From: Acidimicrobiia bacterium | GTDB lineage: Bacteria > Actinomycetota > Acidimicrobiia > Spongiisociales > ZC4RG35 | NCBI GenBank assembly: GCA_035461175.1 | Contig: DATHVR010000151.1 | Coordinates: forward strand, 5,971 to 69,970 | Direction: 5' to 3' | DNA: 64,000 nucleotides | Shown here: piece by piece, positions 19,145-27,142 of the stretch | How the letters are laid out: each line of letters begins with the position of its first letter | Position numbering within the stretch: the stretch's first letter is position 1 | Made by a program: the position numbers and the translations under genes | The notes under the pieces: generated by a model | Told to the model about the DNA's origin: nothing | The model's database searches: none | The model's input: the letters and a program-made list of their open reading frames with translations, nothing else

Positions 19145-21511
19145 TCAGGTTTCGATTCTCTCGATCGTGCTGCCCCCGGGGCCGGGTCGGATCTCGAAGC
19201 GGACCGGCACCTGTTCCCCCAGGTCCTTGACGTGGGTGACCAGGCCCACCACCCGGCCGCTTGCCGCCAGCTCGGTGACGACGGCCGTGACGGTCTCGAG
19301 CGTCTCGGCGTCGAGGCTGCCGAATCCCTCGTCGAGGAAGATCGCCTCCAGACGGCTGCCGCCCAGTCGCGACATGTTGGACAGCTGCTCGCCGAGGGAG
19401 AGGGCCAGGGCCAACGAGACCAGGAAGGTCTCTCCGCCTGAAAGGCTGCGCACGGAGCGCCGTTCGTCGGCATTGCGGTGGTCGATGACTTCGATGCTGC
19501 GGTCGTGCAGCGCCAACGAGTAGGCACCCCGAGTCAGGTCGTCGAGCAGCGAGTTGGCCCCCTCGACCAGGGTGGCCAGGGCTTCGGCCAGAAACCAGCC
19601 GACGAAGTTGCCGGCCCGAAGATGATTGGCGAGAGCCGAGGCCACCGCCCCGCTCCGGGAGAACCTGGCCAGATCTGCCTCCAGCGTCTCCCGCTGGGAG
19701 CGCCGTTCGCGCACCCGATCGAGATCGGCGGCGGCGGTGGCACAGGCGGCGGCCAGCCGGGACGAGGCGGCTCCGGACCCGCCCACTCCGAGTTCTTCCA
19801 GCTTCGCCGCCAGCCGTGCCCGTTGCTCCTCGAGGTCGGCCTGGGCCAGCTTGGCCTGTTCCTCGCAGGATTCCACCCTGGCGTCGAGCAGCTGGGCCTG
19901 TTCCCGGGCCCATTCCGCCAGTTCGGACCAGGCGTCGTCGAGGGCATCCCGTCCCGCCGCCGGAGGCCCGAGGGCGGCCACGCCATCTCGCGCCGCCGAG
20001 TAATCATCCCACGCCTGACGCTCGCGAGTTTCCAGGGTGGTCAGGCCGGCCCGGGCGTCGACCACCCTTCGCCGGGCCTCCTTCAGAGCATTCTCCAGGA
20101 CGGCGGCTTCCGCATCGAGCCGGCTCCGTTCATCCAGCAGGCCCTTGAGCTCGGGCTCGCCGGGGGCATCGCCCAGACGCCGTCCCAGGTCATCGATCGT
20201 TTCGACACAGGCGGCGTGGGTGGCGCCCGCCTCAGCCCGGGCGTGTTCGGCTCGGCGCAGAACCGACTCTGCTTCGGCGACGGAACCCTCGGCCGAGCCG
20301 ACGGCCGCCTTCAACTCGTCCAGGTCGACCGGCGAATCGTCCGGCTCCTCCTCGAGAGGACGGTGGCACACCGGGCAGGGATCGCCGGCGTGGAGGCCGA
20401 CGGCGAGAGCATGGGCGGCGTGGCGGGTGCGCGCCTCCTCCCAGGCAGCAGCCGCCCCGTCTCGACCCGACCGTGCCTGAGCGACGGTCTCGGTGGCCGA
20501 TGCCACCTCCTGATCGAGACCGGCGAGGTCGATGGCCTCCCGCTTCTTCTCGGACTCACTCAGTTGCTGTCGCATCTGGAGCATCGCTTCGAGTTCCGGA
20601 CGTGACGGCGTCCCGGCGGCGGCTTCGACGGCCTTCTCGACGGCCTCCATCGCCTGGCCCTCGTCGGCCTGGGCCTGGCTGAGTCGCTCGCGGGCAACCT
20701 TGAGATCCTCCGCCAGCCGCCCGACCGAATCGGGAACCCGGACCTGGGCCACCTGTTTCTGTTGTTCCTGAACCGCCTTCAGCTCCTCGATCCGTTGCCG
20801 GACTTCGTTCTGAGCCGCCTGGATCTGCTCCTCGGCGTGGCCGACCGGCCCCACCTGGGCCTCGAGTGTGGCCAGACGCCGGGCGGTCTGGTCCTCGGCC
20901 TCGGCGGTGGCGTCGGCAAGGTGGTCGAGTTGAGTCCGGGCCGACTCCCCCAGCGCCTGGGCGGTGCGCTGCCGCTCCACCGCCAGGCGGCGCACCTCGT
21001 CGAGAACTCCCATGTCGAGCAGGGCCTTGACCAGCGCCTGCTGGCCGGCCGGGGTGTCGTGGAGGAAGGCGGCGAACTCGCCCTGGGGCAAGACGACCGA
21101 GCGATTGAAGTGGTCGAGCCCGAGCCCGAGAAGTTGCTCGACGTGGCGGCCTACCTCGTCGGCTCCGGAAGCGAGCACCGCTCCCCCACTCTCGAGACGG
21201 GCCTCGGCCACGGTGGCACCGCCCCGGGGATTCCGGCGCACCACCCGGGCGGCGGTGTAGGGAACCCCTTCGACGGTGAACTCGAACAGGACCCGGGCCT
21301 CGGCGGCCCCGAGGGAGATGACGGGCTCCACCGCCCGGCCTCCGTAACGGGCCACCCTTCCATACAGGGCAAACGTGATGGCATCGATCACCGAACTCTT
21401 GCCGCTGCCGGTGGGGCCGGTGAGGGCGAAGAGGTCGAGCCCACCGAAGTCGATCTCGGTGGCCGACCGGAAAGGTGCGAACCCGGCCATCTCGAGGCGT
21501 TCAGGCTTCAT
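19145..21511 (-). CDS. sbcC: SbcC/Rad50-family double-strand-break-repair ATPase
   Basis: N-terminal Walker A (LTGPTGSGKSS), a long coiled coil, a central CxxC zinc hook (DPCPVCHRPLEEE), and C-terminal signature and D-loop motifs (SLSGGETFLVSLALALS...IFLDEGFGSLD). Confidence 0.9.
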   Translation of the reverse strand: MKPERLEMAGFAPFRSATEIDFGGLDLFALTGPTGSGKSSVIDAITFALYGRVARYGGRAVEPVISLGAAEARVLFEFTVEGVPYTAARVVRRNPRGGATVAEARLESGGAVLASGADEVGRHVEQLLGLGLDHFNRSVVLPQGEFAAFLHDTPAGQQALVKALLDMGVLDEVRRLAVERQRTAQALGESARTQLDHLADATAEAEDQTARRLATLEAQVGPVGHAEEQIQAAQNEVRQRIEELKAVQEQQKQVAQVRVPDSVGRLAEDLKVARERLSQAQADEGQAMEAVEKAVEAAAGTPSRPELEAMLQMRQQLSESEKKREAIDLAGLDQEVASATETVAQARSGRDGAAAAWEEARTRHAAHALAVGLHAGDPCPVCHRPLEEEPDDSPVDLDELKAAVGSAEGSVAEAESVLRRAEHARAEAGATHAACVETIDDLGRRLGDAPGEPELKGLLDERSRLDAEAAVLENALKEARRRVVDARAGLTTLETRERQAWDDYSAARDGVAALGPPAAGRDALDDAWSELAEWAREQAQLLDARVESCEEQAKLAQADLEEQRARLAAKLEELGVGGSGAASSRLAAACATAAADLDRVRERRSQRETLEADLARFSRSGAVASALANHLRAGNFVGWFLAEALATLVEGANSLLDDLTRGAYSLALHDRSIEVIDHRNADERRSVRSLSGGETFLVSLALALSLGEQLSNMSRLGGSRLEAIFLDEGFGSLDAETLETVTAVVTELAASGRVVGLVTHVKDLGEQVPVRFEIRPGPGGSTIERIET

Positions 21512-22637
21512 GGGCCTCCTCGACCAGGTCCTCGAACAGCTTCACGACCGCCTCGTCGAAGGCGTCTACCTCGTTGAGGTATTCGGTGAGCAGCTCGGAA
21601 TGGGAGCGCCCGCTCCGATCGGGCCGCTCCCCGGCCTGGTCCTTCCGGCGCCGGGGGTCAATCACCACCTCGACTGCCTGTGGGAGCATCTCCCGGACCG
21701 TGTCGGCGATGCCCACCCGCACCGGCTCGTCGAGGACCACCCGGACGTAGTCGGATTCGGGAATCTCGGCGGCGGCCGCCTCGACCTGGGCCAGGGTCCC
21801 CGACACGGTCCGCAGCCTCCTTCCCCGGCTCAGCGGGCGGAAATCGACCTTGGAGGGTTGCCCGGGCTCGGCCTCGACCAACAGGACACCCTTGCGATCG
21901 TCCTCTTCACCGAAGTCGAGCTGGATCGGCGAACCCGAGTACCACACCGGGGCACCCGCCGGCAGCTTCTGATGGCGGTGCAGGTGCCCGAGGGCGACGT
22001 AGGACAGGCTGGTGGGGAACGCCTGGGAGGGAATCGAGTAGTCGAACACCGTATGAGCCGCCCGCTCCCCACCGCCCACCTCGCCGCCGTGGACCATGAC
22101 GTGGCCCACCACCACGTTGACGTCGTCGGCGGACAGGTCCTGGCACAGAGCCTCGATGATGGCCGACATGCGGTCGACGTACTTGCCGCCCTGGCGGTCG
22201 GCATCGAGGTCCATCAGATCGGCCGCCGAAACGATGGCGCGCTGGGAGACGAACGGAATCATCGCCACCCGGGCCGGTTCCACCGGCCGCACCACGCCGC
22301 CCCGGTCGGGAGCCGCCACCGTGCTGACACTTGTCACCCGCCCCAGTTCGAGTAGAGGAGCCACCGCCTCCAGACGCCGGGGATGGTCGTGGTTGCCCGC
22401 CACCATCACCACCGGTGCCACCTGGGCCAGTTGCATCAGGGTGCGATACACCAGTCGCTCCGCCTCGGGGGGCGGGCTGGAGATGTCGAACTGGTCGCCG
22501 GCCACCAGCACCAGATCCACCGCTTCGTCGGCGGCGATCCCGGCCATCTCGTCGAGGACCTCGGTTTGCTCCTCGACACGGCTGCGCCCGCGGATGGTAC
22601 GGCCGACATGCCAGTCGGCGGTGTGGAGAATCTTCAC
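21501..22637 (-). CDS. sbcD: SbcD/Mre11-family nuclease (calcineurin-like phosphoesterase)
   Basis: MKILHTADWHVG, LVAGDQFD, GNHDH and GHLH phosphoesterase motifs. Overlaps sbcC by 11 nt. Confidence 0.9.
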   Translation of the reverse strand: MKILHTADWHVGRTIRGRSRVEEQTEVLDEMAGIAADEAVDLVLVAGDQFDISSPPPEAERLVYRTLMQLAQVAPVVMVAGNHDHPRRLEAVAPLLELGRVTSVSTVAAPDRGGVVRPVEPARVAMIPFVSQRAIVSAADLMDLDADRQGGKYVDRMSAIIEALCQDLSADDVNVVVGHVMVHGGEVGGGERAAHTVFDYSIPSQAFPTSLSYVALGHLHRHQKLPAGAPVWYSGSPIQLDFGEEDDRKGVLLVEAEPGQPSKVDFRPLSRGRRLRTVSGTLAQVEAAAAEIPESDYVRVVLDEPVRVGIADTVREMLPQAVEVVIDPRRRKDQAGERPDRSGRSHSELLTEYLNEVDAFDEAVVKLFEDLVEEAHEA

Positions 22638-22690
22638 TGCTCCGAGACTAGGTCGGGGGTGTGACAGTTCCCGGCGTTTGCCGCCCCCGC

Positions 22691-22750
22691 AACCGTTCTG
22701 TGGGCCGGAAAGCGCGCCAGAACCGTCATTTTCCGACCCACAGAACGGAT
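22691..22750. promoter_or_regulatory. Long imperfect inverted repeat (16-nt arms, 24-nt spacer) in the divergent sbcD/serpin promoter region
   Basis: CCGTTCTGTGGGCCGG...(24 nt)...CCGACCCACAGAACGG. The arms are reverse complements with one mismatch. Confidence 0.4.
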
Positions 22751-22795
22751 CCGTGCCCCTTTGGCGGGAACCCGCCCGCCCACCGCCGACGTCAG

Positions 22796-24076
22796 ATGGG
22801 CATGAAGCGTGTGCCCTCCGTCTTCGCCGCCCTCGCCCTGGTAGCTACCGCTTGCGGCACCGGGACGACCCCTACCTTCGACTCCGAACCCATCACCGAA
22901 CCCACCGAGACCGCTCCCCCGGGGCCGCCCCGGACCCTCGCTGTCTCGGTGTCGCGGACCGATCCCGATCCGGCGGCGCCGGTCGCCCAGCTCGTCACCG
23001 GGTTCAACGACGCCGGCTTTGAGTTGCTGGGGCGCCAGGGGACCGAGAACTTCGTCTTCAGCCCCCTCAGCATCGGCCACGCCCTCCTCATGGCGCGAGG
23101 AGCTGCCGACGACCCCACCGGCCGGGCGATCGATGCCAGGTTCGATCTTCCCGAAGACCGGGCTGCCCACCAGGCCTGGAACGCCCTCGATCAGCAACTG
23201 GGTCAGGCGACCGCCGATCAGGACGAGATGGAGGTCACGATCGCCGACCGGATCTGGCCCCGGATCGGTCTGGAGCCGGAACAGGACTGGATCGACCTGC
23301 TGGCGGCCGAGCACGGCGCCTCGGTGGAGACTCTGGACCTGTCCGGTGACCCCACCGGGAGCCGGAAGCACATCAACGAATGGGTCTCCCAACAGACTCA
23401 GGGCCTCATCCCCGACCTCCTGCCAGACGGATTCATCACGCCCCAGACCCTGTTGGTGCTGACCGACGCCGTCTACTTCGAGGCCCGCTGGCAGACGCCG
23501 TTCGGCAAGTACGGCACCGTGAGTGAAGATTTCACGCTCCTGGACGGGAGCACGATCCAGGTCGAATACATGCGGGAACTGGAACTGCTGGACCGCCGCG
23601 GCGTCGGGGACGGCTTCGTCGCCGCGGAGATCCCCTATGTGGGCGGGGAGTTCTCGATGCTGCTGATCGTGCCCGACCGGGACCGGTTCACCGAGATCCG
23701 CGATTCCCTCGACCAGGGGCTGGTAGACACCATCGACCGCACCTTCGAGGAGGGGCCATTCGAACTCCTGGTTCCGAAATGGGAGACAACCACCAACCTC
23801 GATCTGCTCCCGTGGCTCGAAGAGGCGGGCGTAGCCCCCGGAAGCTATCCCGGCATCGACCCGAGCGCCTTCCTGGCCGGAGCCGTCCATGGCGCCGACA
23901 TCGCGGTGGATGAGGAGGGGACCGTGGCGGCGGCCGCCACCGGACTCGGCTTCAACGAATCGGCCGGGGCTATGCCGGAACTGACCATCGCCGCCGACCG
24001 GCCCTTCCTCTACCTGATCCGCCACCGTCCCAGCGGAGCGGTCTTGTTCGCCGGCCAGGTGACCGACCCGCGCTAG
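22796..24076 (+). CDS. Serpin (serine protease inhibitor) family lipoprotein
   Basis: Lipoprotein signal MGMKRVPSVFAALALVATAC, then serpin motifs NFVFSPLSIGHALLMA, the hinge/RCL region (EEGTVAAAATG...) and C-terminal ADRPFLYLIRHRPSGAVLFAGQV. Confidence 0.85.
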   Translation: MGMKRVPSVFAALALVATACGTGTTPTFDSEPITEPTETAPPGPPRTLAVSVSRTDPDPAAPVAQLVTGFNDAGFELLGRQGTENFVFSPLSIGHALLMARGAADDPTGRAIDARFDLPEDRAAHQAWNALDQQLGQATADQDEMEVTIADRIWPRIGLEPEQDWIDLLAAEHGASVETLDLSGDPTGSRKHINEWVSQQTQGLIPDLLPDGFITPQTLLVLTDAVYFEARWQTPFGKYGTVSEDFTLLDGSTIQVEYMRELELLDRRGVGDGFVAAEIPYVGGEFSMLLIVPDRDRFTEIRDSLDQGLVDTIDRTFEEGPFELLVPKWETTTNLDLLPWLEEAGVAPGSYPGIDPSAFLAGAVHGADIAVDEEGTVAAAATGLGFNESAGAMPELTIAADRPFLYLIRHRPSGAVLFAGQVTDPR

Positions 24077-24411
24077 CTCTCTCCCGCCCGGTAGACCCTG
24101 ACCTCCACCCTCTCCAACGTCACCAGGCCGTCGCCGATCATCCCCTCCAGGGCGGGGAGGACTGCCTCGATCTTCTCAGAGGCGTCCACACACTCGATCA
24201 CGATCGGCAGGTCCTCCGATAGGCGCAGGATGTGAGCGGCATGGAGGCGACTCGACTTGCCGAAGCCCTCGATCCCGCGCAGGACGGTCGCTCCCGCCAG
24301 ACCCTCCTTGCGCATCAACTCGACTATCGCCTGATACAGCGGCCGTCCGTCGTAGGTATCGGACTCGCCGATGAATATCCGCAGCAACCGGGCCTGGCTG
24401 GTGTTCTCCAT
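24073..24411 (-). CDS. DUF190 (PII-like) protein, fluoride-module associated
   Basis: 112 aa with the conserved ...FIGESDTYDGRPLYQAIVELMRKEGLAGATVLRGIEGFGK core. Directly downstream of two crcB genes. Confidence 0.7.
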   Translation of the reverse strand: MENTSQARLLRIFIGESDTYDGRPLYQAIVELMRKEGLAGATVLRGIEGFGKSSRLHAAHILRLSEDLPIVIECVDASEKIEAVLPALEGMIGDGLVTLERVEVRVYRAGES

Positions 24412-24419
24412 GTGCTCTC

Positions 24420-24773
24420 CTATCCGTTCGTGAGGCTATACCCGAGGGCGGCAAGGGCGACGCCACCGACGAGGCCACCCAGCAGGTTGATGAAGGCGAG
24501 CGGGCGCAAGCGCACCATTCCGATGCGCAGCGTCTCGACCATCCAGGTCGAGTAGGTGGTGAATCCGCCCAGGAAGCCGCCGAGGCCGATCACCCACGGA
24601 GACGTAGCACCACCGGCTCCGGCCACCAGTCCAAGCATGAATGCTCCACTCAGATTGACGAGGATGGTCCCGGCCGGAAACCCGGCCCCGGCCCGCTCCT
24701 GGACGAAACCCGAGAGGATATATCGCGCCACGGCCCCCACTCCTCCGGCCAGCGACAGGATGACCAGGCTCAC
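24420..24773 (-). CDS. crcB: Fluoride exporter CrcB/Fluc, second paralog
   Basis: 4-TM CrcB fold with GTILVNLSGAFMLG and GFLGGFTTYSTW motifs. GTG start overlaps the upstream crcB stop (GTGA). Confidence 0.75.
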   Translation of the reverse strand: MSLVILSLAGGVGAVARYILSGFVQERAGAGFPAGTILVNLSGAFMLGLVAGAGGATSPWVIGLGGFLGGFTTYSTWMVETLRIGMVRLRPLAFINLLGGLVGGVALAALGYSLTNG

Positions 24774-25189
24774 GTGGCCCCTCCGCCCAGCCGCAACCCG
24801 AGTTGTGCCGACGCCAGGCCACCGACGAGCGAGGCCAGGAGGTAGGCGAGCGCCGGACCGACACGGGCGGCTTCGACCAGCATGATGAGGTCGACGCTGA
24901 ATGCCGAGAAGGTGGTGAAGGACCCCAGGAGCCCGATCCCCCAGAACTGGACCGACCATCGCCGGTCGGGAGCCGTCCGCTCTCGCCGGGACACGAGATA
25001 GCCGAGGAGGAAGGAACCGATCAGATTGACGGCCAGGACCGATGCGGGAAACCCATCGGCCGGATGCGATATCAGCTCTCCGATTCCGACCCGGGCGGCC
25101 GAACCGAGAACCCCGCCGCCGAGCACGGCGACAAGCGACCGAAGCGGCTCTCGACTGCGTTGCGATCGGGGATGGGGATGGCTCGACAC
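24770..25189 (-). CDS. crcB: Fluoride exporter CrcB/Fluc, first paralog
   Basis: Motifs LAVNLIGSFLLG and GLLGSFTTFSAFS. Start assigned to the GTG at 25187-25189, which has a GGAAGGA Shine-Dalgarno 6 nt upstream. The longer ATG-start version would overlap the riboswitch. Confidence 0.7.
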   Translation of the reverse strand: MSSHPHPRSQRSREPLRSLVAVLGGGVLGSAARVGIGELISHPADGFPASVLAVNLIGSFLLGYLVSRRERTAPDRRWSVQFWGIGLLGSFTTFSAFSVDLIMLVEAARVGPALAYLLASLVGGLASAQLGLRLGGGAT

Positions 25190-25199
25190 GGTTCCTTCC

Positions 25200-25275
25200 G
25201 TCTGTCCAGGAGCCATCAGCCCTTGTCGGGCGCTTCACGGCGAGCCCCATCGCCGGGGATCATCCTAGTTCTACG
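25200..25275 (-). promoter_or_regulatory. Fluoride riboswitch (crcB motif)
   Basis: Minus-strand sense reads GGAUGAUCCCCGGCGAUGGGGCUCGCCGUGAAGCGCCCGACAAGGGCUGAUGGCUCCUGG. This matches the conserved GGCGAUGGNGUUCGCC...AAC(C)GCC...GCUAAUGACUCCUAC architecture, directly 5' of crcB. Confidence 0.7.
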
Positions 25276-25281
25276 AGCGGG

Positions 25282-26961
25282 TCACAATCCCTCGAAGGGG
25301 TCGTCGGGGACGTCGCCCCGGCCCGCCCCGGCAGCCACCTCGGATGGGCGGGTGGCCCAGGCCGGGAAGGGGAACTCGGCCACGACCGGCACGGGTAGTT
25401 CCGGCTGGCTGACCAGCATCGTTCCCGGCTTGATGATGGTGGCCCGCTGACGATGGACCTGGGGCAGAAACCCGTACTCCTCCCGGCTGGCCTCGGCCGA
25501 GTCGAGTCGGCCCACCACCCGGATCGAGGAGTTGGCGATGATGCGGCGCTCAACCTCGGAGGCGGTCTGCTGGGCGCCGATCAGGATCACACCCAGGCTG
25601 CGACCGCGTTCGGCCACATCGAGCAGGATCTCCTTGATCGGGCTCGACCCGTCCCGGGGGGCGTACTTGTTCAACTCGTCGAGCACCACGAACAGGAGAT
25701 CGTCGTCACCCTGGCGACCCTGCCGTTCCTTCTGCTCGAAGGCACGCCGCACCGTGACCCCGACGACGAATCGCTTGGCCCGGTCGTTGAGATTGTGGAG
25801 GTCGACCACCGTGACCTGGTTGTTCTCGAGGGCCACCCGGTGTCGCTCCGGGTCGGGGAGATTGCCCCGGATCAACCGCTCGACGTGACGTACCGCCGAG
25901 TTGAGCCGGCGGACGAAGGCGTTGATGGTCCCCCGCCCGATGGCAGTCCCGGCCCAGACCGGGCCGTCGTCCTCGCTCAGGACCTTCTCGGTGATCAACT
26001 CGACCAGGGCGCGGAAAGTGCGGACCGTGGTCCCGTCGATCACCACCGATCCGTCGTCGGTGGCCTGGGCCCGCTTCAACTGGGCCATGACCGAATACAC
26101 CACCATGGTGTACTGGGCCCGGTCGTCCTCGGCGTCGGCGAACAGGAACGGAAGCAGGTCGTCGTGGCAGAACTCGCCCAGGGACCAGCAGAACGAGGTC
26201 ACGTCGGACCGGGAGTGGACGTCGGCCCGCAGGGTGGCCGAGTCGGGGCGGGGCGGGGCGTAGAGGCCGACCGAGCGGAAGGGCTCGGCCGGCAGCCCCA
26301 GCGACCCGTAGCGGGCGACCTGGTCGGCGTCGAGGAGACCGTTGGGGCGGTCGAGATGGAGCAGATCCTCGCCCTTGACGTTGAAGATCAGAGCCTTGGT
26401 GTTTATCGCTCCCGCCCCCAACACCCCGCCGGTGAACAGGGAATGGAGCAGAAAGGTGGCGTAGGTGGTCTTCGTGGCCACCCCGGACACACCCGAGATG
26501 TTGACGTGGGCGCCCCGCTCCCCGTTGACGAACTCGAAGTTGACGAACAGCGGCTCGTCGTCGCGGGTCATCCCGATCACCAAGCGGCGCTCCATCCGGT
26601 CGAAGAAGAGCGCCTTGTCGCGCTCCTCCCCCTCGGCGCGGGCCACCGGCTGGCCGGGCCGGGGCGGGACGAACACCTCGGGTTCGAAGCGGGTGGCGGT
26701 GATGCGGGCGGATTCGGCCACCTCGGCAGGAAGGACGCCATCGGAGATGAGGAAGACGTCCGAGTCGAAGCGTGCTCCCTCGTGGCGGGCCCGGACCTGA
26801 GACACCATCCCGTAGACCCGCACCGCCTCGCCCGTGGGGAGCACCCTTTCCAGGGCGACGACGTCGTCGAGCTGGAGGTACTGACCCTCCGCCACCGCCA
26901 CCCAGAAGTCGAGCGGGGTGGCGTCTTCGGTTCCGATCACCCGGCCGACCATCTCTGCCAT
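25282..26961 (-). CDS. HerA-like ATPase (HAS-barrel plus DUF87/FtsK-HerA P-loop NTPase) with atypical Walker A
   Basis: From MAEMVGRVIGTEDATPLDFWVAVAEGQYLQLDDVV (HAS-barrel) onward. Walker A-like NISGVSGVATKTT (deviant), Walker B LLFVVLDELNKY, and arginine finger and C-terminal regions typical of HerA. The upstream 105 codons of the ORF are judged non-coding. Confidence 0.65.
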   Translation of the reverse strand: MAEMVGRVIGTEDATPLDFWVAVAEGQYLQLDDVVALERVLPTGEAVRVYGMVSQVRARHEGARFDSDVFLISDGVLPAEVAESARITATRFEPEVFVPPRPGQPVARAEGEERDKALFFDRMERRLVIGMTRDDEPLFVNFEFVNGERGAHVNISGVSGVATKTTYATFLLHSLFTGGVLGAGAINTKALIFNVKGEDLLHLDRPNGLLDADQVARYGSLGLPAEPFRSVGLYAPPRPDSATLRADVHSRSDVTSFCWSLGEFCHDDLLPFLFADAEDDRAQYTMVVYSVMAQLKRAQATDDGSVVIDGTTVRTFRALVELITEKVLSEDDGPVWAGTAIGRGTINAFVRRLNSAVRHVERLIRGNLPDPERHRVALENNQVTVVDLHNLNDRAKRFVVGVTVRRAFEQKERQGRQGDDDLLFVVLDELNKYAPRDGSSPIKEILLDVAERGRSLGVILIGAQQTASEVERRIIANSSIRVVGRLDSAEASREEYGFLPQVHRQRATIIKPGTMLVSQPELPVPVVAEFPFPAWATRPSEVAAGAGRGDVPDDPFEGL

Positions 26962-27142
26962 CGGCGGCGAGGGTAGTGGGCGGCTGTGACATCGACCGAA
27001 GCGATCGATCCACCGCCGGGCGTTCTGTGATGGTGGGCGGCTGGCCCGGATTCCCTCCCGGCACCTCCTGCCCGGAATCCCTGGTCGCGCCGGAGGCACG
27101 ACCCATTGCCCGAAGCCCCGGTTCGGAGTCCGCTCGGGTACG

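Noticed and set aside
22638-22795. LexA/Cheo box upstream of sbcD
   Set aside because: No TCGAAC-N4-GTTCGA-like site was found. The palindrome present has a different sequence.
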